Source: Desulfatiglandales bacterium
GTDB lineage: Bacteria > Desulfobacterota > DSM-4660 > Desulfatiglandales > HGW-15
Direction of reading: 5' to 3'
Length of the DNA stretch: 64,000 nucleotides
Assembly (NCBI GenBank): GCA_963667015.2
Contig: CAXXJJ010000001.1
Location: 1,120,001-1,184,000 of the forward strand
Shown here in pieces: positions 1-9,918 of the stretch. The notes below the pieces were generated by a model. The model saw nothing but the letters and a program-made list of their open reading frames with translations, had not been told where the DNA came from and did no database searches. Both the position numbers and the translations under genes were made by a program. Numbering within the stretch: the stretch's first letter is position 1; each line of letters starts with the position of its first letter.

Positions 1-385
1 TAAAAAAACCGACGAGATAGAACTTAATATGTCCCCGTTAATTGATATGATATTTATTCTGCTGATATTCTTTCTGGTTACGACTACATTTGTTAAAGAA
101 TCCGGTGTAGAGGTTAACCGTCCGGTAGCATCATCGGCAGTAGCAAAAGAAGAAACCAATATGGTCATTGGGGTAACAAAGGAAGGAATGGTGTGGATAG
201 AAAACCAGCCTATTGATATACGCTCCGTACGCTCCAGAATGGAACGATTTAAACATGAAAATCCCGATGGAAATGTAGTTATTACCGCAGATAAAGACAG
301 CCTTTTTGGAGTGGCCATTGAGGTTCTTGATCAGGTAAGGCTTGCACAAATTAAAAATGTTGTTGTAGCTGCAACGAAAGAGTAA
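1..385 (+). CDS. exbD: Biopolymer transport protein ExbD/TolR (5' partial)
   Basis: xPLIDMIFILLIFFLV TM motif. The frame is open to the window edge (KKTDEIELN before the ATG at 29). Upstream of tonB. Confidence 0.9.
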   Translation, partial: KKTDEIELNMSPLIDMIFILLIFFLVTTTFVKESGVEVNRPVASSAVAKEETNMVIGVTKEGMVWIENQPIDIRSVRSRMERFKHENPDGNVVITADKDSLFGVAIEVLDQVRLAQIKNVVVAATKE

Positions 386-388
386 TTA

Positions 389-1069
389 GTGATCATGGCT
401 ATTAAAACTAAATCAATTGCTAGTTTACCTCTTAGTGTCATAGTGGCATTAATTGTAACAAGTTTGCTTTTTATTGCTATCCCTCTTTTGACAAAAATTT
501 CTACCATGAAAAAAAGTAAAGAGAAGGTTCAGCACGTTCTTATAACTCAACGAAAACCGCCACCTCCTCCTGAGCCAGAAAAAGAAGAAAAGCTTGAAGA
601 ACAAAAAAAGCAGGAAGCACCTAAAAAGGCACAGCAGAAGCAAAGAATGCCGCAGCCTAAGCTTAATATTCCATCCAGTGGTTTATCAGCAAATATGAGT
701 GGAACAATTCAAATCAGTGGTCTTCTTAAGTCGGATTTTAAGGTTTCTGATTCTTTATTTGTTTCTGCTTTTAATTTAAATGAAGTTGACCAGCCCCCAA
801 GAATCTTAAGAGCTATGCAGCCAAGGTATCCTTTTGAGGCACAGCAAAAAGGGATTGAAGGGAGAGTTACGGTTAGATTTGTAGTTGATGCTAATGGACA
901 GGCCCAGGAACCTGAGGTTTCAAAGGTTGAACCGAAAGATGTCGAAGGTATTTTTGAAGAATCCGCCCTTGCAGTAGTCAAGAAATATAAATTCAGGCCT
1001 GCAATGAAAGGCGGAAAAGCGGTTGACTGTATTGTTAATCTTCCAATTAAATATTCTGTAAGCGAATAA
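389..1069 (+). CDS. tonB: Energy transducer TonB
   Basis: N-terminal TM helix, Pro/Glu/Lys-rich linker, C-terminal YP..A...GIEG.V.V.F.V...G TonB_C domain. Start may be ATG 395. Confidence 0.9.
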   Translation: MIMAIKTKSIASLPLSVIVALIVTSLLFIAIPLLTKISTMKKSKEKVQHVLITQRKPPPPPEPEKEEKLEEQKKQEAPKKAQQKQRMPQPKLNIPSSGLSANMSGTIQISGLLKSDFKVSDSLFVSAFNLNEVDQPPRILRAMQPRYPFEAQQKGIEGRVTVRFVVDANGQAQEPEVSKVEPKDVEGIFEESALAVVKKYKFRPAMKGGKAVDCIVNLPIKYSVSE

Positions 1070-1073
1070 TTAT

Positions 1074-2354
1074 ATGACTATAAATAGAAAAAATATGACT
1101 GGTAAATGTTGTAATATCATGAGGGTTTCACTTTCTGCTATTTTTATCCTTCTGTTAATATGCGGCACGGCTTTTTGTCAGGAAGAAGAAAAAACAGAGG
1201 AAGAAAAACCCAGGCTTTCCCGTGAAGCTCAGTTGGCGATGGTAGAAGCTCAAAAGTTTTTTGAAAGTGAAGACTATGCCAGCGCAAGAAAGCCTCTTCT
1301 TGATTATTTAGCAACTAACCCTGAAGTAGTAAATGAGCAGGTTTATCTGATGCTGGGGTACTGCTGGTATAGTGATGGAAATGCCAAAGAAGCTCTTAAA
1401 GTATTTAAAAAAGGGCACGAGGAATATCCCGATAATTTTGATCTGTTATCATATTATGCCGCTGGATTATATGAAACTGAAGATTTTGCCAAGGCAGCCC
1501 CTTTAATGGAAGAGCTTTATGTTAGAGACCCCAAGAAACAGGAAAGGTTTCTTGAGGCTGCATGGGGTGCATATTACCAGATTGAAAAGTTTGAGGATGT
1601 AATAAGAATTCTAAAAAAGTTAATAAAAGAATCAAAAGAAGTAAAACAAAACTGGTATACCATGATCTTTCAGATTTACTATAATGATATGCAGAATACT
1701 GATATGGCTGAAAAATTTTTACGTGAAGCCATGGCACTTTACCCTATGGAGCCACAGTACTGGAACTTTTTGAGTCTAATAAGGCAGGAAAGAGAAGATT
1801 ATTACGGGATGGCAGGGGCATATGAAATTAAAACATATGTTGCACCTCCAGAAAAGGAAAGCGATTGGAAACAGCTTTTAAGTATGCAGCACAACTTGGG
1901 TTTAGTAAGTAAAGAGGTTAAAAATTTACGAAAATCTATTAATGATGATATAAATAAAGAAGAAGAACAAATTCAAATAGCTGATTTATACGCACGTGCT
2001 TATAAAATCGATAAAGCTGTTTCTTACTTAGATGATATTCTAAAAAAGAAACCATCTTCAAAACTGATGCTAAAGAAGGCTGAGATACTGTATTCCGCAA
2101 GAAAAAACGAAGAAGTTATTGCTGCCTGTGACGATTTAATTGCTGTTAAGAAGGATGAGGGGGATGGAAAAGCCTATTTTATGAAAGGAAATGCTGCGTG
2201 GGATCTGAAAGATTGGGATACCATGGAAGAGGCATTTAAGAGGGCGCAAAGTTACAAAGATTACAAAGCCTTTGCAAAATATGCACTTGGATTTATAGAA
2301 AGTCTTAATGAAGCGGAAAGGCAGATAAAAGAAGATTACAAAAAAGATAAATAA
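1074..2354 (+). CDS. Exported tetratricopeptide-repeat protein
   Basis: Hydrophobic signal-like segment followed by helical TPR-like repeats. Typical last gene of exbBD-tonB operons. True start probably later (MRVSLS). Confidence 0.75.
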   Translation: MTINRKNMTGKCCNIMRVSLSAIFILLLICGTAFCQEEEKTEEEKPRLSREAQLAMVEAQKFFESEDYASARKPLLDYLATNPEVVNEQVYLMLGYCWYSDGNAKEALKVFKKGHEEYPDNFDLLSYYAAGLYETEDFAKAAPLMEELYVRDPKKQERFLEAAWGAYYQIEKFEDVIRILKKLIKESKEVKQNWYTMIFQIYYNDMQNTDMAEKFLREAMALYPMEPQYWNFLSLIRQEREDYYGMAGAYEIKTYVAPPEKESDWKQLLSMQHNLGLVSKEVKNLRKSINDDINKEEEQIQIADLYARAYKIDKAVSYLDDILKKKPSSKLMLKKAEILYSARKNEEVIAACDDLIAVKKDEGDGKAYFMKGNAAWDLKDWDTMEEAFKRAQSYKDYKAFAKYALGFIESLNEAERQIKEDYKKDK

Positions 2355-2369
2355 ATAATTAATATACAT

Positions 2370-2412
2370 AAAAAAAGGGTTTCAAAATATTTTGTTTTGA
2401 AACCCTTTTTTT
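2370..2412. terminator. Bidirectional intrinsic terminator
   Basis: A7-GGGTTTCAAAA...TTTTGAAACCC-T7 immediately after the TPR gene stop. Confidence 0.85.
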
Positions 2413-2582
2413 ATTTTCACTTAATTAAACCTTTAGTATTAAGCTTCCATAGTTAATAATTTGTTGCTCGTGTCTGGCAGTTCTTTTACCCGAATTAATT
2501 TGACACACTGGTATGGTCTTTTTATACTCCTCTTTTGAATCGGTTGTTTAATATAATGTAATACAGTGAGGAAATTAATTCC

Positions 2583-3023
2583 ATGAAGGAAACTGAAGGG
2601 ACTATCGGCAGGGTGTTTATAATACGTCTTGAAGAGGGCGACATTATACCTGATTGTATTGAAGAATTTGCGAGGGAAAAAGCGATAAGTATCGGTCATG
2701 TGATTATTGTAGGGGGGATAGGCTCAGGAGAAGTTGTAGTCGGTCCAAGAGATTCCAAAAAAATGCCTCCAGACCCGATGCTGCTGCCGGTAGACGGCGC
2801 ACACGAGATGCTGGCATCCGGCATAATTGCTCCCGATCAAAACGGGAACCCTGTGCTTCATATTCATGGCGCTTTGGGACGTTCGGGAAGTACTCTTACA
2901 GGATGTTTCAGGCATGGAGTATCAACCTGGCTGGTAGGTGAAGTTGTTTTATATGAAATATTGGAGGCCGATTTAATGAGGGTAAAAGACGAAGAAAGCG
3001 GATTTGATTTGCTTTCGATATAG
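2583..3023 (+). CDS. PPC/DUF296 domain protein
   Basis: GRVFIIRLEEG N-terminus and LHIHGALG motif. Confidence 0.8.
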   Translation: MKETEGTIGRVFIIRLEEGDIIPDCIEEFAREKAISIGHVIIVGGIGSGEVVVGPRDSKKMPPDPMLLPVDGAHEMLASGIIAPDQNGNPVLHIHGALGRSGSTLTGCFRHGVSTWLVGEVVLYEILEADLMRVKDEESGFDLLSI

Positions 3024-3112
3024 ATAACAATCTGAGTATGATATGCCTGTCTTGTCCTGAAAGCATATCAGGATAATTTTAACATTTGATTCCTTATCAA
3101 CGGAGGGAAAGT

Positions 3113-3763
3113 ATGGAAATAGAAGTTACAGAAGAGCAAAAAAAGAAGATTGAAGAACTTGGCGCAAGAAAGTGGGATGATGAGGAGATTTCTGCAAGGG
3201 TCCGGAAATTCGCAAAAGAGGGTATTCCACAAAAGAAACTTGAAAAGGAATATCTGGTTGCACACAAGGCTGAGATTCTGGAAAGTGTTCAGAGAAAAGC
3301 GGAAGAATATAATTATATCACCAAGAACTGTTCTCAAGGCACAGCTCTGGCGCTCCTTGATGAATTTGGTATGGGCAGCATGGAGGTTATCAGGGGACTT
3401 ATGCTGTATCCAGGTATAGGGGGAACAGGTGATATGTGCGGAGGGATAACAGGGTCTCTTGTTGCCTTTGGTCTTTTTTTCTTTGGAGATGATCCGCTGG
3501 ATCTTTCAAAGGTGGGGGACTTAATGTTTCTGGCGCAGGACTTTATGGCCTTTTTTGAAGGTGAAATAGGGTATTATTATTGCGCTGATATCCAGGAAAA
3601 GATAATTTTTGGAAAAAATATGGATCCTGGATCCAGTGAGGATAACATGGGTGCCTTCGCGGCAGCAAAAGGCTTTGAAAAATGCGGACTTCCTCCGGGA
3701 ATAGGGGCAAAGCTGGCCGCTGGATTTATGATAGATAACTTTGATATGAGATCTAAATCATAA
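3113..3763 (+). CDS. C-GCAxxG-C-C family putative redox protein
   Basis: NCSQG, GIGGTGDMCGGITG, C(ADIQ) and late C motifs. ATG 3113 follows GGAGGG. Confidence 0.7.
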   Translation: MEIEVTEEQKKKIEELGARKWDDEEISARVRKFAKEGIPQKKLEKEYLVAHKAEILESVQRKAEEYNYITKNCSQGTALALLDEFGMGSMEVIRGLMLYPGIGGTGDMCGGITGSLVAFGLFFFGDDPLDLSKVGDLMFLAQDFMAFFEGEIGYYYCADIQEKIIFGKNMDPGSSEDNMGAFAAAKGFEKCGLPPGIGAKLAAGFMIDNFDMRSKS

Positions 3764-3781
3764 AAAACAGGTAGAAGTATA

Positions 3782-4438
3782 GTGATAAAAAATAATGACT
3801 CGCCGAGTAATCTTAAGGCTGCAAAGCAGACAAGAGAAAGGCTCCTGGAAAGGGCAGAGATCCTTTTTGCCCAGAGAGGATATCATGCTGTAAGTGTAAG
3901 AGAAATTACTGCTGCTGCCAAATGCAATATGGCGTCGGTAAATTATCATTTCAACAATAAAAAAAATCTGTATCTCGAAGTGTTCCGCTCAAGGTGGGTG
4001 CCGCGGGAGCAGCTTATGTATGAAGCATTTGAAAAATCAGTTGATTGTCTTGAAGTGCAGACTCCCGAACTAGTGATACAGGCACTAGCAAGAGCTTACC
4101 TGGAGGTTCCCCTGTCTGATGAGGAATTCAGGCGGCACAGGCAGCTGATTGTCAGAGAACTGAATAATCCCACAGAGGCGTTCGAGATTGCCGCAGACCA
4201 GACACTCAGGCCCCTCTTTAAAAAACTTTATGGCCTTCTGGACTCTTTTGCACCGGAGGGTGTTGATGAGGATAATCTAAGCTTTGATATTCTAAGCATT
4301 TTTGGTATCATACTTTACTTTAACTATTCCAGGCCTATGGTTACGCGCATAACAGGAAAAACCTATGATGCGGACTTTAAGGCTCGGCTTATCGATCAAC
4401 TGGTCAGGTTTTCCCTATATGGCCTGAGTGTAAAATAA
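3782..4438 (+). CDS. TetR/AcrR-family regulator (CerR-like C-terminus)
   Basis: TRERLL..A..LFA..GY..VSVREI...A.CN.ASVNYHF..K..LY HTH. Confidence 0.9.
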   Translation: MIKNNDSPSNLKAAKQTRERLLERAEILFAQRGYHAVSVREITAAAKCNMASVNYHFNNKKNLYLEVFRSRWVPREQLMYEAFEKSVDCLEVQTPELVIQALARAYLEVPLSDEEFRRHRQLIVRELNNPTEAFEIAADQTLRPLFKKLYGLLDSFAPEGVDEDNLSFDILSIFGIILYFNYSRPMVTRITGKTYDADFKARLIDQLVRFSLYGLSVK

Positions 4439-4538
4439 AGGGGCAGCCTTTAAATGAAGTAGAGGTAGTAGCCGGAGCAGGTTTATATGGGGCTCCGGGC
4501 AAAATCGCTATAAACTGAATAAATTTCAGGGAGGAATT

Positions 4539-7067
4539 ATGACGGAACAAGTTTTTACTAGCTGTACAAACGCTGGTCCCATATCGGTCTATGTCAGGGA
4601 TGGGAAAGTAGTCAGAATCAGACCTTTAGAAGCAAAAGATGAAGACTTCATACCCTCCTGGACAATAGATGACGGGAGCAGAAAATACTCACCGCCGAAC
4701 AAGTTTTTTATATCTCCATATGTGCATGCTGAAAGGACAAGGCTATATTCTGAAGACAGGATAAAATATCCCTATAAAAGAGTTGATTTTGATCCTAATG
4801 GCAACAGAAACACCCATACAAGGGGCAAGGCAAAATATGAAAGGATCAGCTGGGATGAGGCCCTTGATATTGTATCATCCGAAATTACCAGAATAACTGG
4901 TACATACGGCTCATCAGCAATTACCGGAATCACTTCATCGCACCATAACTGGGGTATTGTGGGATACAAGATGGGGCCCTTTGCTCGATTTATGAACATG
5001 ATCGGTTTTACACCAATTTTTGACAATCCGGACAGCTGGGAAGGATGGCACTGGGGAGCTACCCACACCTATGGCTTCTACTGGAGACTGGGTATGCCGG
5101 AGCCATATGATCACCTGACCGATGCCCTGCAGAATGCCGAGATGATTGTCTACTGGTCATGTGATCCTGATTCCACAAGGGGAACCTATACCGGGCAGGA
5201 TTCATGCATGTGGCGCCAGTGGCTCAAGGAAAAGGGTGTGGAGATGGTCTTTATAGATCCCCTCTACAACTACACCAATGCAGCCATGGACGGAAAATGG
5301 ATTCCCATAAGGATGGGAACAGGAACCGCACTGGCAATGGCTATTGCATATGTATGGATAAACGAAGATACCTATGACAAGGATTATATAGACTCCAAAA
5401 CGGTTGGTTTTGAGACCTTTAAAGATTACGTTATGGGCAGGGAAGACGGTGTGGCAAAGACACCAGCCTGGGCATCCGAAGAAACGGATATTCCGGTTAA
5501 GACAATAGTTTCCCTGGCAAGAAGATGGGCATCAAAGAGAACAATCCTGGCCGGCGGTACAAGGGGCGGCGAGGGTGGAGCCTGCAGAGAAGCCTATGCA
5601 ACAGAGTGGGCAAGGATGATGGTCCTGCTTCAGGCAATGCAGGGCCTTGGCAAACCCGGAATAAGCATATGGGGTACGAGCATGGGTGCTCCTTCCAATC
5701 CCGATGTATTCTTCCCCGGGTATGCTGATCCTGACGGAAAGGTAGGTTCAACAAAGGCTGCCACCAAAAAGTTTACACCTGCAGAAAATCCTACAAAGCA
5801 GAGGCTTTACAGGCTTACAGTGCCTGATGCCATCCTGAATCCTCCAATTGACTGGAGGGGTGACGGATTCTGCGGAAATGCCATTGAGCAGCAGTTTAAT
5901 GAATATGTATACCCCATGGAAGGCCACTCAGAGGTTAAAATGTTTTACCGGTATGGCGGTTCATTTATGGGTACAATGAGTGATACTAATAAATGGGTTA
6001 AGATGTATCAGAGCCCCAAGCTGGAGTTTGTTGTCAACCAGGACTGCTGGTATAACAGTGAAACCAACTTTGCAGACATCATCCTTCCTGCATGTACAAG
6101 TATTGAGCGTGATGATGTTGGTGAATGGGGTGCTGCCGGCGGATATACGCATCATGCAAGCAACGGATGCAACCATAGGATAGTTGTGAGACAGCAGAAA
6201 TGTATTGAGCCCCTGTGGGAATCAAAGTCCGATTACCGGATCTTTACAGAACTGGCAGACAAACTCGGCAGGAAGGAAGATTTTACTGACGGCAAGGATG
6301 AAATAGGATGGATAAAGGCATTCTATGAGATTTCTGATCTGCCGAAATTCATATCCTATGAAGAGTTTGAGAAAAAGGGATACTTTGTTATACCCATGCC
6401 CGAAGATTACAAACCTACTGTCTCTATGAGATGGTTTGCAGAGGGCAGGGACTGCGATACACCTGACCCGGGCAACCCGAAACGTGGAACAGACAAGGCA
6501 AAGGAGCTGGGCACATACAGCGGTAAAATAGAGTTTGTATCCGAAAGCCTTAAAAAATATTATCCGGATGATGAGGAAAGGCCTGTTTCACCGAAATATA
6601 TTCCCAGCTGGGAAGGACACAGGTCGGAGCTGGCTGAGAAATATCCCCTGGCAATGGTTTCTCCTCACCCGAGATTTACTTTCCATACCCACTATGACAA
6701 GCACACTGACTGGCTCAATGAGATACCCGTGCATCGTGTCTACAAAGATGGATATCCCTACTGGCCTGCGAGAATTCATCCTTCTGATGCCGAACCAAGG
6801 GGAATAAAGAATGGTGATATCGTAAAGCTTTATAATGATCGCGGTGCAACCCTGTGTATCGCCAAGGTAACAGAAAGAATAAAGCCGGGAATAATTCACA
6901 GCTATGCCTCGTCCGCTGTCTATGATCCTCTTGAGCCCGGAAAGGCCGGATCGATCGATCGCGGAGGCTGCGTGAACCTGCTGACGTCATCAAGGATGCT
7001 TTCAAAGAATGCTCCGGGTATGACTCCCAATTCCTGTCTTATTGAAATTGAAAAGTGGGAGGTTTAA
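4539..7067 (+). CDS. Mo-bisPGD oxidoreductase, pyrogallol-phloroglucinol transhydroxylase large-subunit-like
   Basis: SSHHxWG, NPDSWEGWHWG (Ser Mo ligand), GGACR...EWAR and SPHPRF motifs match the Pelobacter transhydroxylase alpha subunit as I recall it. No N-terminal FeS motif or Tat signal. GGAGG RBS. Confidence 0.85.
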   Translation: MTEQVFTSCTNAGPISVYVRDGKVVRIRPLEAKDEDFIPSWTIDDGSRKYSPPNKFFISPYVHAERTRLYSEDRIKYPYKRVDFDPNGNRNTHTRGKAKYERISWDEALDIVSSEITRITGTYGSSAITGITSSHHNWGIVGYKMGPFARFMNMIGFTPIFDNPDSWEGWHWGATHTYGFYWRLGMPEPYDHLTDALQNAEMIVYWSCDPDSTRGTYTGQDSCMWRQWLKEKGVEMVFIDPLYNYTNAAMDGKWIPIRMGTGTALAMAIAYVWINEDTYDKDYIDSKTVGFETFKDYVMGREDGVAKTPAWASEETDIPVKTIVSLARRWASKRTILAGGTRGGEGGACREAYATEWARMMVLLQAMQGLGKPGISIWGTSMGAPSNPDVFFPGYADPDGKVGSTKAATKKFTPAENPTKQRLYRLTVPDAILNPPIDWRGDGFCGNAIEQQFNEYVYPMEGHSEVKMFYRYGGSFMGTMSDTNKWVKMYQSPKLEFVVNQDCWYNSETNFADIILPACTSIERDDVGEWGAAGGYTHHASNGCNHRIVVRQQKCIEPLWESKSDYRIFTELADKLGRKEDFTDGKDEIGWIKAFYEISDLPKFISYEEFEKKGYFVIPMPEDYKPTVSMRWFAEGRDCDTPDPGNPKRGTDKAKELGTYSGKIEFVSESLKKYYPDDEERPVSPKYIPSWEGHRSELAEKYPLAMVSPHPRFTFHTHYDKHTDWLNEIPVHRVYKDGYPYWPARIHPSDAEPRGIKNGDIVKLYNDRGATLCIAKVTERIKPGIIHSYASSAVYDPLEPGKAGSIDRGGCVNLLTSSRMLSKNAPGMTPNSCLIEIEKWEV

Positions 7068-7070
7068 GAG

Positions 7071-7907
7071 ATGGCCAGATATGGAATGATGATAGATGTT
7101 GATAAATGTACAGGCTGTTACAGCTGTTTTCTGGCCTGTAAGGATGAATTCTGCGGGAATAATTATCCGGGATATTCCGCTTCCCAGCCTGCCAAAGGCC
7201 ATTACTGGATGAAGCTTGTGGCCGTTGAAAGAGGTACATATCCCAAGGTGAAGCTTGATTACATCCCTACTCCCTGCCAGCAGTGTGAAAATGCCTCCTG
7301 TATTTCCGGCGGAACTGAGGGTGCTGTCTATAAACGACCTGACGGCATTGTAATAATTGATCCTGAAAAGGCAAAAGGCCAGAAAGATATAGTCTCTTCC
7401 TGCCCATACAGGGTTATCTACTGGAATGAAGAAGAGAATGTTGCCCAGAAATGTAATTTCTGCGCCCATCTTCTTGACCAGGGATGGAAAGAGCCAAGGT
7501 GTGTTGAGACATGTCCCACCGGCGCTATTATATTTGGCGATCTTGATGATCCGGGGAGTGAAATCTCAAAGAAAGCGGCTGCTGAAAGTACTGAGATTCT
7601 GCGTCCTGAGTTCGGGATGAATCCTTCTGTCTGCTACGTGGGACTTCCCAAACGTTTTATAGCCGGTGAAGTCGTATTTGCAGATAAAAAGGACGAGGCT
7701 GCCCAGGATGTCAAGGTTACACTTAATGACGGGGCCAGTGAAATTACCACAAAGACAGATCATTTTGGTGATTTCGAGTTTGAAGGCCTTGAATCCGGTA
7801 AGGAGATAACCGTCAAACTTGAATATACCGGGTATATTTCGCAGGAGATCAGGGTGAAACTCCTCAAGGATCTTAACCTTGGGGAAATTGTCATGCAGGC
7901 AGCGTAA
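7071..7907 (+). CDS. 4Fe-4S beta subunit, transhydroxylase small-subunit-like
   Basis: CxxCxxCxxxC motifs, ERGTYP, YWNEEENVAQKC, plus the extra C-terminal beta-sandwich domain typical of this subunit. Confidence 0.85.
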   Translation: MARYGMMIDVDKCTGCYSCFLACKDEFCGNNYPGYSASQPAKGHYWMKLVAVERGTYPKVKLDYIPTPCQQCENASCISGGTEGAVYKRPDGIVIIDPEKAKGQKDIVSSCPYRVIYWNEEENVAQKCNFCAHLLDQGWKEPRCVETCPTGAIIFGDLDDPGSEISKKAAAESTEILRPEFGMNPSVCYVGLPKRFIAGEVVFADKKDEAAQDVKVTLNDGASEITTKTDHFGDFEFEGLESGKEITVKLEYTGYISQEIRVKLLKDLNLGEIVMQAA

Positions 7908-7935
7908 ATTTATTTGTATTGTTAAATAGATTCGA

Positions 7936-7964
7936 GTAGAGACAGGTTTAAAACCTGTCTCTAC
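7936..7964. repeat. GTAG-type REP-like palindrome
   Basis: GTAGAGACAGGTTT-A-AAACCTGTCTCTAC, perfect 14-bp arms. Confidence 0.7.
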
Positions 7965-7978
7965 AGGAGAATTATAAT

Positions 7979-8665
7979 TTGAACGAAATATTTGCCGAAG
8001 CAAAAGAGGAAAACCGCTCGATTCTCACTGAGATAGAGGCCAAGCAGATCCTCAGCCAGGCTGGAATAGATTGTACAGATACCAGGCTGGCCAGAACAAA
8101 GGAAGAGGCAGTTACCTTGAGCGAAGAGATCGGTTATCCGGTAGTCCTGAAGGTCTCATCTGTTGATATCACGCATAAGAGTGATGCAGGCGGGGTAAAA
8201 GTGGACCTCAAGGACAGGATTGCGGTAGAAATGGCCTTCGATGATATTCTTGCCTCATCAAAGAAAAAATTCCCCCGGGCTGTCGTAGAAGGGGTATCAG
8301 TGCAGGGAATGGCAAAACCGGGTATAGAGATCATTATTGGAATGACAAGAGATCCGCAGTTTGGGCCTGTATTAATGTTCGGTCTCGGCGGAGTAATGGT
8401 TGAGGTGCTGAAGGATGTTGCCTTCAGAACAGTCCCTCTGGGTAAGAGCGACGCCTCTAATATGATCAGGGGCATAAAAGGCTACAAAATTCTTCAGGGA
8501 AACAGGGGGCAGGATCAGGTTGATACCGGGTACCTTGAGGAATTAATAGTTAAACTTTCGGAATTTATTGAGAAAACTCCGGAAATCAAAGAACTGGATA
8601 TGAATCCTGTTTTTGCGTATAAAGACGGGGCCATAGTTGCAGATGCAAGAATCGTCCTGGAATGA
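7979..8665 (+). CDS. ADP-forming acyl-CoA synthetase beta (ATP-grasp) subunit
   Basis: GYPVVLK, HKSDAGGV, DPQFGP, ELDMNP and DARI motifs. Confidence 0.85.
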   Translation: MNEIFAEAKEENRSILTEIEAKQILSQAGIDCTDTRLARTKEEAVTLSEEIGYPVVLKVSSVDITHKSDAGGVKVDLKDRIAVEMAFDDILASSKKKFPRAVVEGVSVQGMAKPGIEIIIGMTRDPQFGPVLMFGLGGVMVEVLKDVAFRTVPLGKSDASNMIRGIKGYKILQGNRGQDQVDTGYLEELIVKLSEFIEKTPEIKELDMNPVFAYKDGAIVADARIVLE

Positions 8666-8814
8666 GTGTATGGACCACAATCTTCTCTTTCGCCCTAGTT
8701 CTGAATGTGTACATCATGCTGCAAATTCTTTCCATAGAACCAATCTCTGAATTTTTCCAGGTTAAATATACAGGGTGTGGCTTAATGTGAAATTTTAGTA
8801 AAAGTACTTGACTC

Positions 8815-8862
8815 TTAAACGAACGTTTGAAATAAACATGTTGTTTAAATAACAGTTGTTTA
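8815..8862. promoter_or_regulatory. Three tandem AAC-N4/5-GTTT imperfect palindromes (candidate operator array)
   Basis: TTAAACGAACGTTTGA, TAAACATGTTGTTTA and TAACAGTTGTTTA, directly downstream of TTGACT (8808-8813) and upstream of the BKACE gene. Confidence 0.45.
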
Positions 8863-8930
8863 GCTATAAACATCTTAATATTGACCTTAAAATAACGTTA
8901 GTTATTTTTATTTTTCGGAGGAAAAAATAA

Positions 8931-9785
8931 ATGTTTAAAATACTGCCAAAAGATAAAATTATTATCACCGTCTCTCTGACGGGTGCATTAGTAACCAAGG
9001 AACAGCATCCTGACCTTCCTGTAACACCTGATGAAATTGCAGAGAATGCAAGGCTCTGTGTGGAAGAGGGTGCTGCTATTTGTCATATTCATGGTAAGGA
9101 TAAAAACGGCCAGAATACTTCTGATGTTGAGGTTTTTAAGGAAATCAAAGAAAAAGTCATGGCCAAATCAGATGCAATCACACAGTTCAGCACAGGCGGC
9201 GGACCTAACCTGAGCCAGGAACAGCGCATTGAATGCCTTGGCGCGGGTCCAGAGATGGCATCACTGAACATGGGCTCTCTAATGAGACTGTCAGGCCAGT
9301 ACAAGGGGACAGCATTCTGCAACCTTCCCGAAGAAATCGAATTATACCTCTCAAAGATGAGGGATCTTAATATAAAACCGGAAATGGAAGTGTATAACCT
9401 GGCAATGTTTCAGGACGTTAACAGCATCATCAAGAAAGGACTTGTAGAGCCTCCCTATTGTATAAATCTGGTGCTTGGCATGCGTTATCAGGGTGCCCTT
9501 GAAGCTACACCGAGAATACTTACAACCATGTATGATTACCTTCCTGATGATTCGATCGTAAACTGTGCTGCTGTCGGTGCTGATCAGCTGCCTATTACAA
9601 CATTAAACATGCTCATGGGCGGGGCAGTGAGAGTTGGCCTTGAAGATAATATCTACTACAGCAAGGGTGTTAAGGCTACCAACATGTCGCTTGTTGCAAG
9701 GACTGTAAGGATTGCCAGAGAGCTTGGCAAGGAGCCTATGTCACCGACAGAAGCCAGGGAGTTTCTCGGACTCAAACCGCTTTAA
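8931..9785 (+). CDS. Beta-keto acid cleavage enzyme (BKACE/Kce, DUF849)
   Basis: ITVSLTGA, PVTPDEI, HIH Zn motif, STGG, ASLNMGS and RVGLEDN. Confidence 0.9.
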   Translation: MFKILPKDKIIITVSLTGALVTKEQHPDLPVTPDEIAENARLCVEEGAAICHIHGKDKNGQNTSDVEVFKEIKEKVMAKSDAITQFSTGGGPNLSQEQRIECLGAGPEMASLNMGSLMRLSGQYKGTAFCNLPEEIELYLSKMRDLNIKPEMEVYNLAMFQDVNSIIKKGLVEPPYCINLVLGMRYQGALEATPRILTTMYDYLPDDSIVNCAAVGADQLPITTLNMLMGGAVRVGLEDNIYYSKGVKATNMSLVARTVRIARELGKEPMSPTEAREFLGLKPL

Positions 9786-9918
9786 TAAGCCCCGGGAACA
9801 GAGAATTTTCCGTTAGACTGATAGAGTGAAGCGGGGCGCGCCTTTAAGACAAAAAAGGTGCTGCCCCGCATGTGCTTGAAGAATAAAGCTTATCAAAATA
9901 AAAATATGGAGATAAAAA

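Noticed and set aside
9831..9869. Hairpin between BKACE and HAD genes as a terminator
   Set aside because: It has no U-tract. At most it is an mRNA-stabilising stem.
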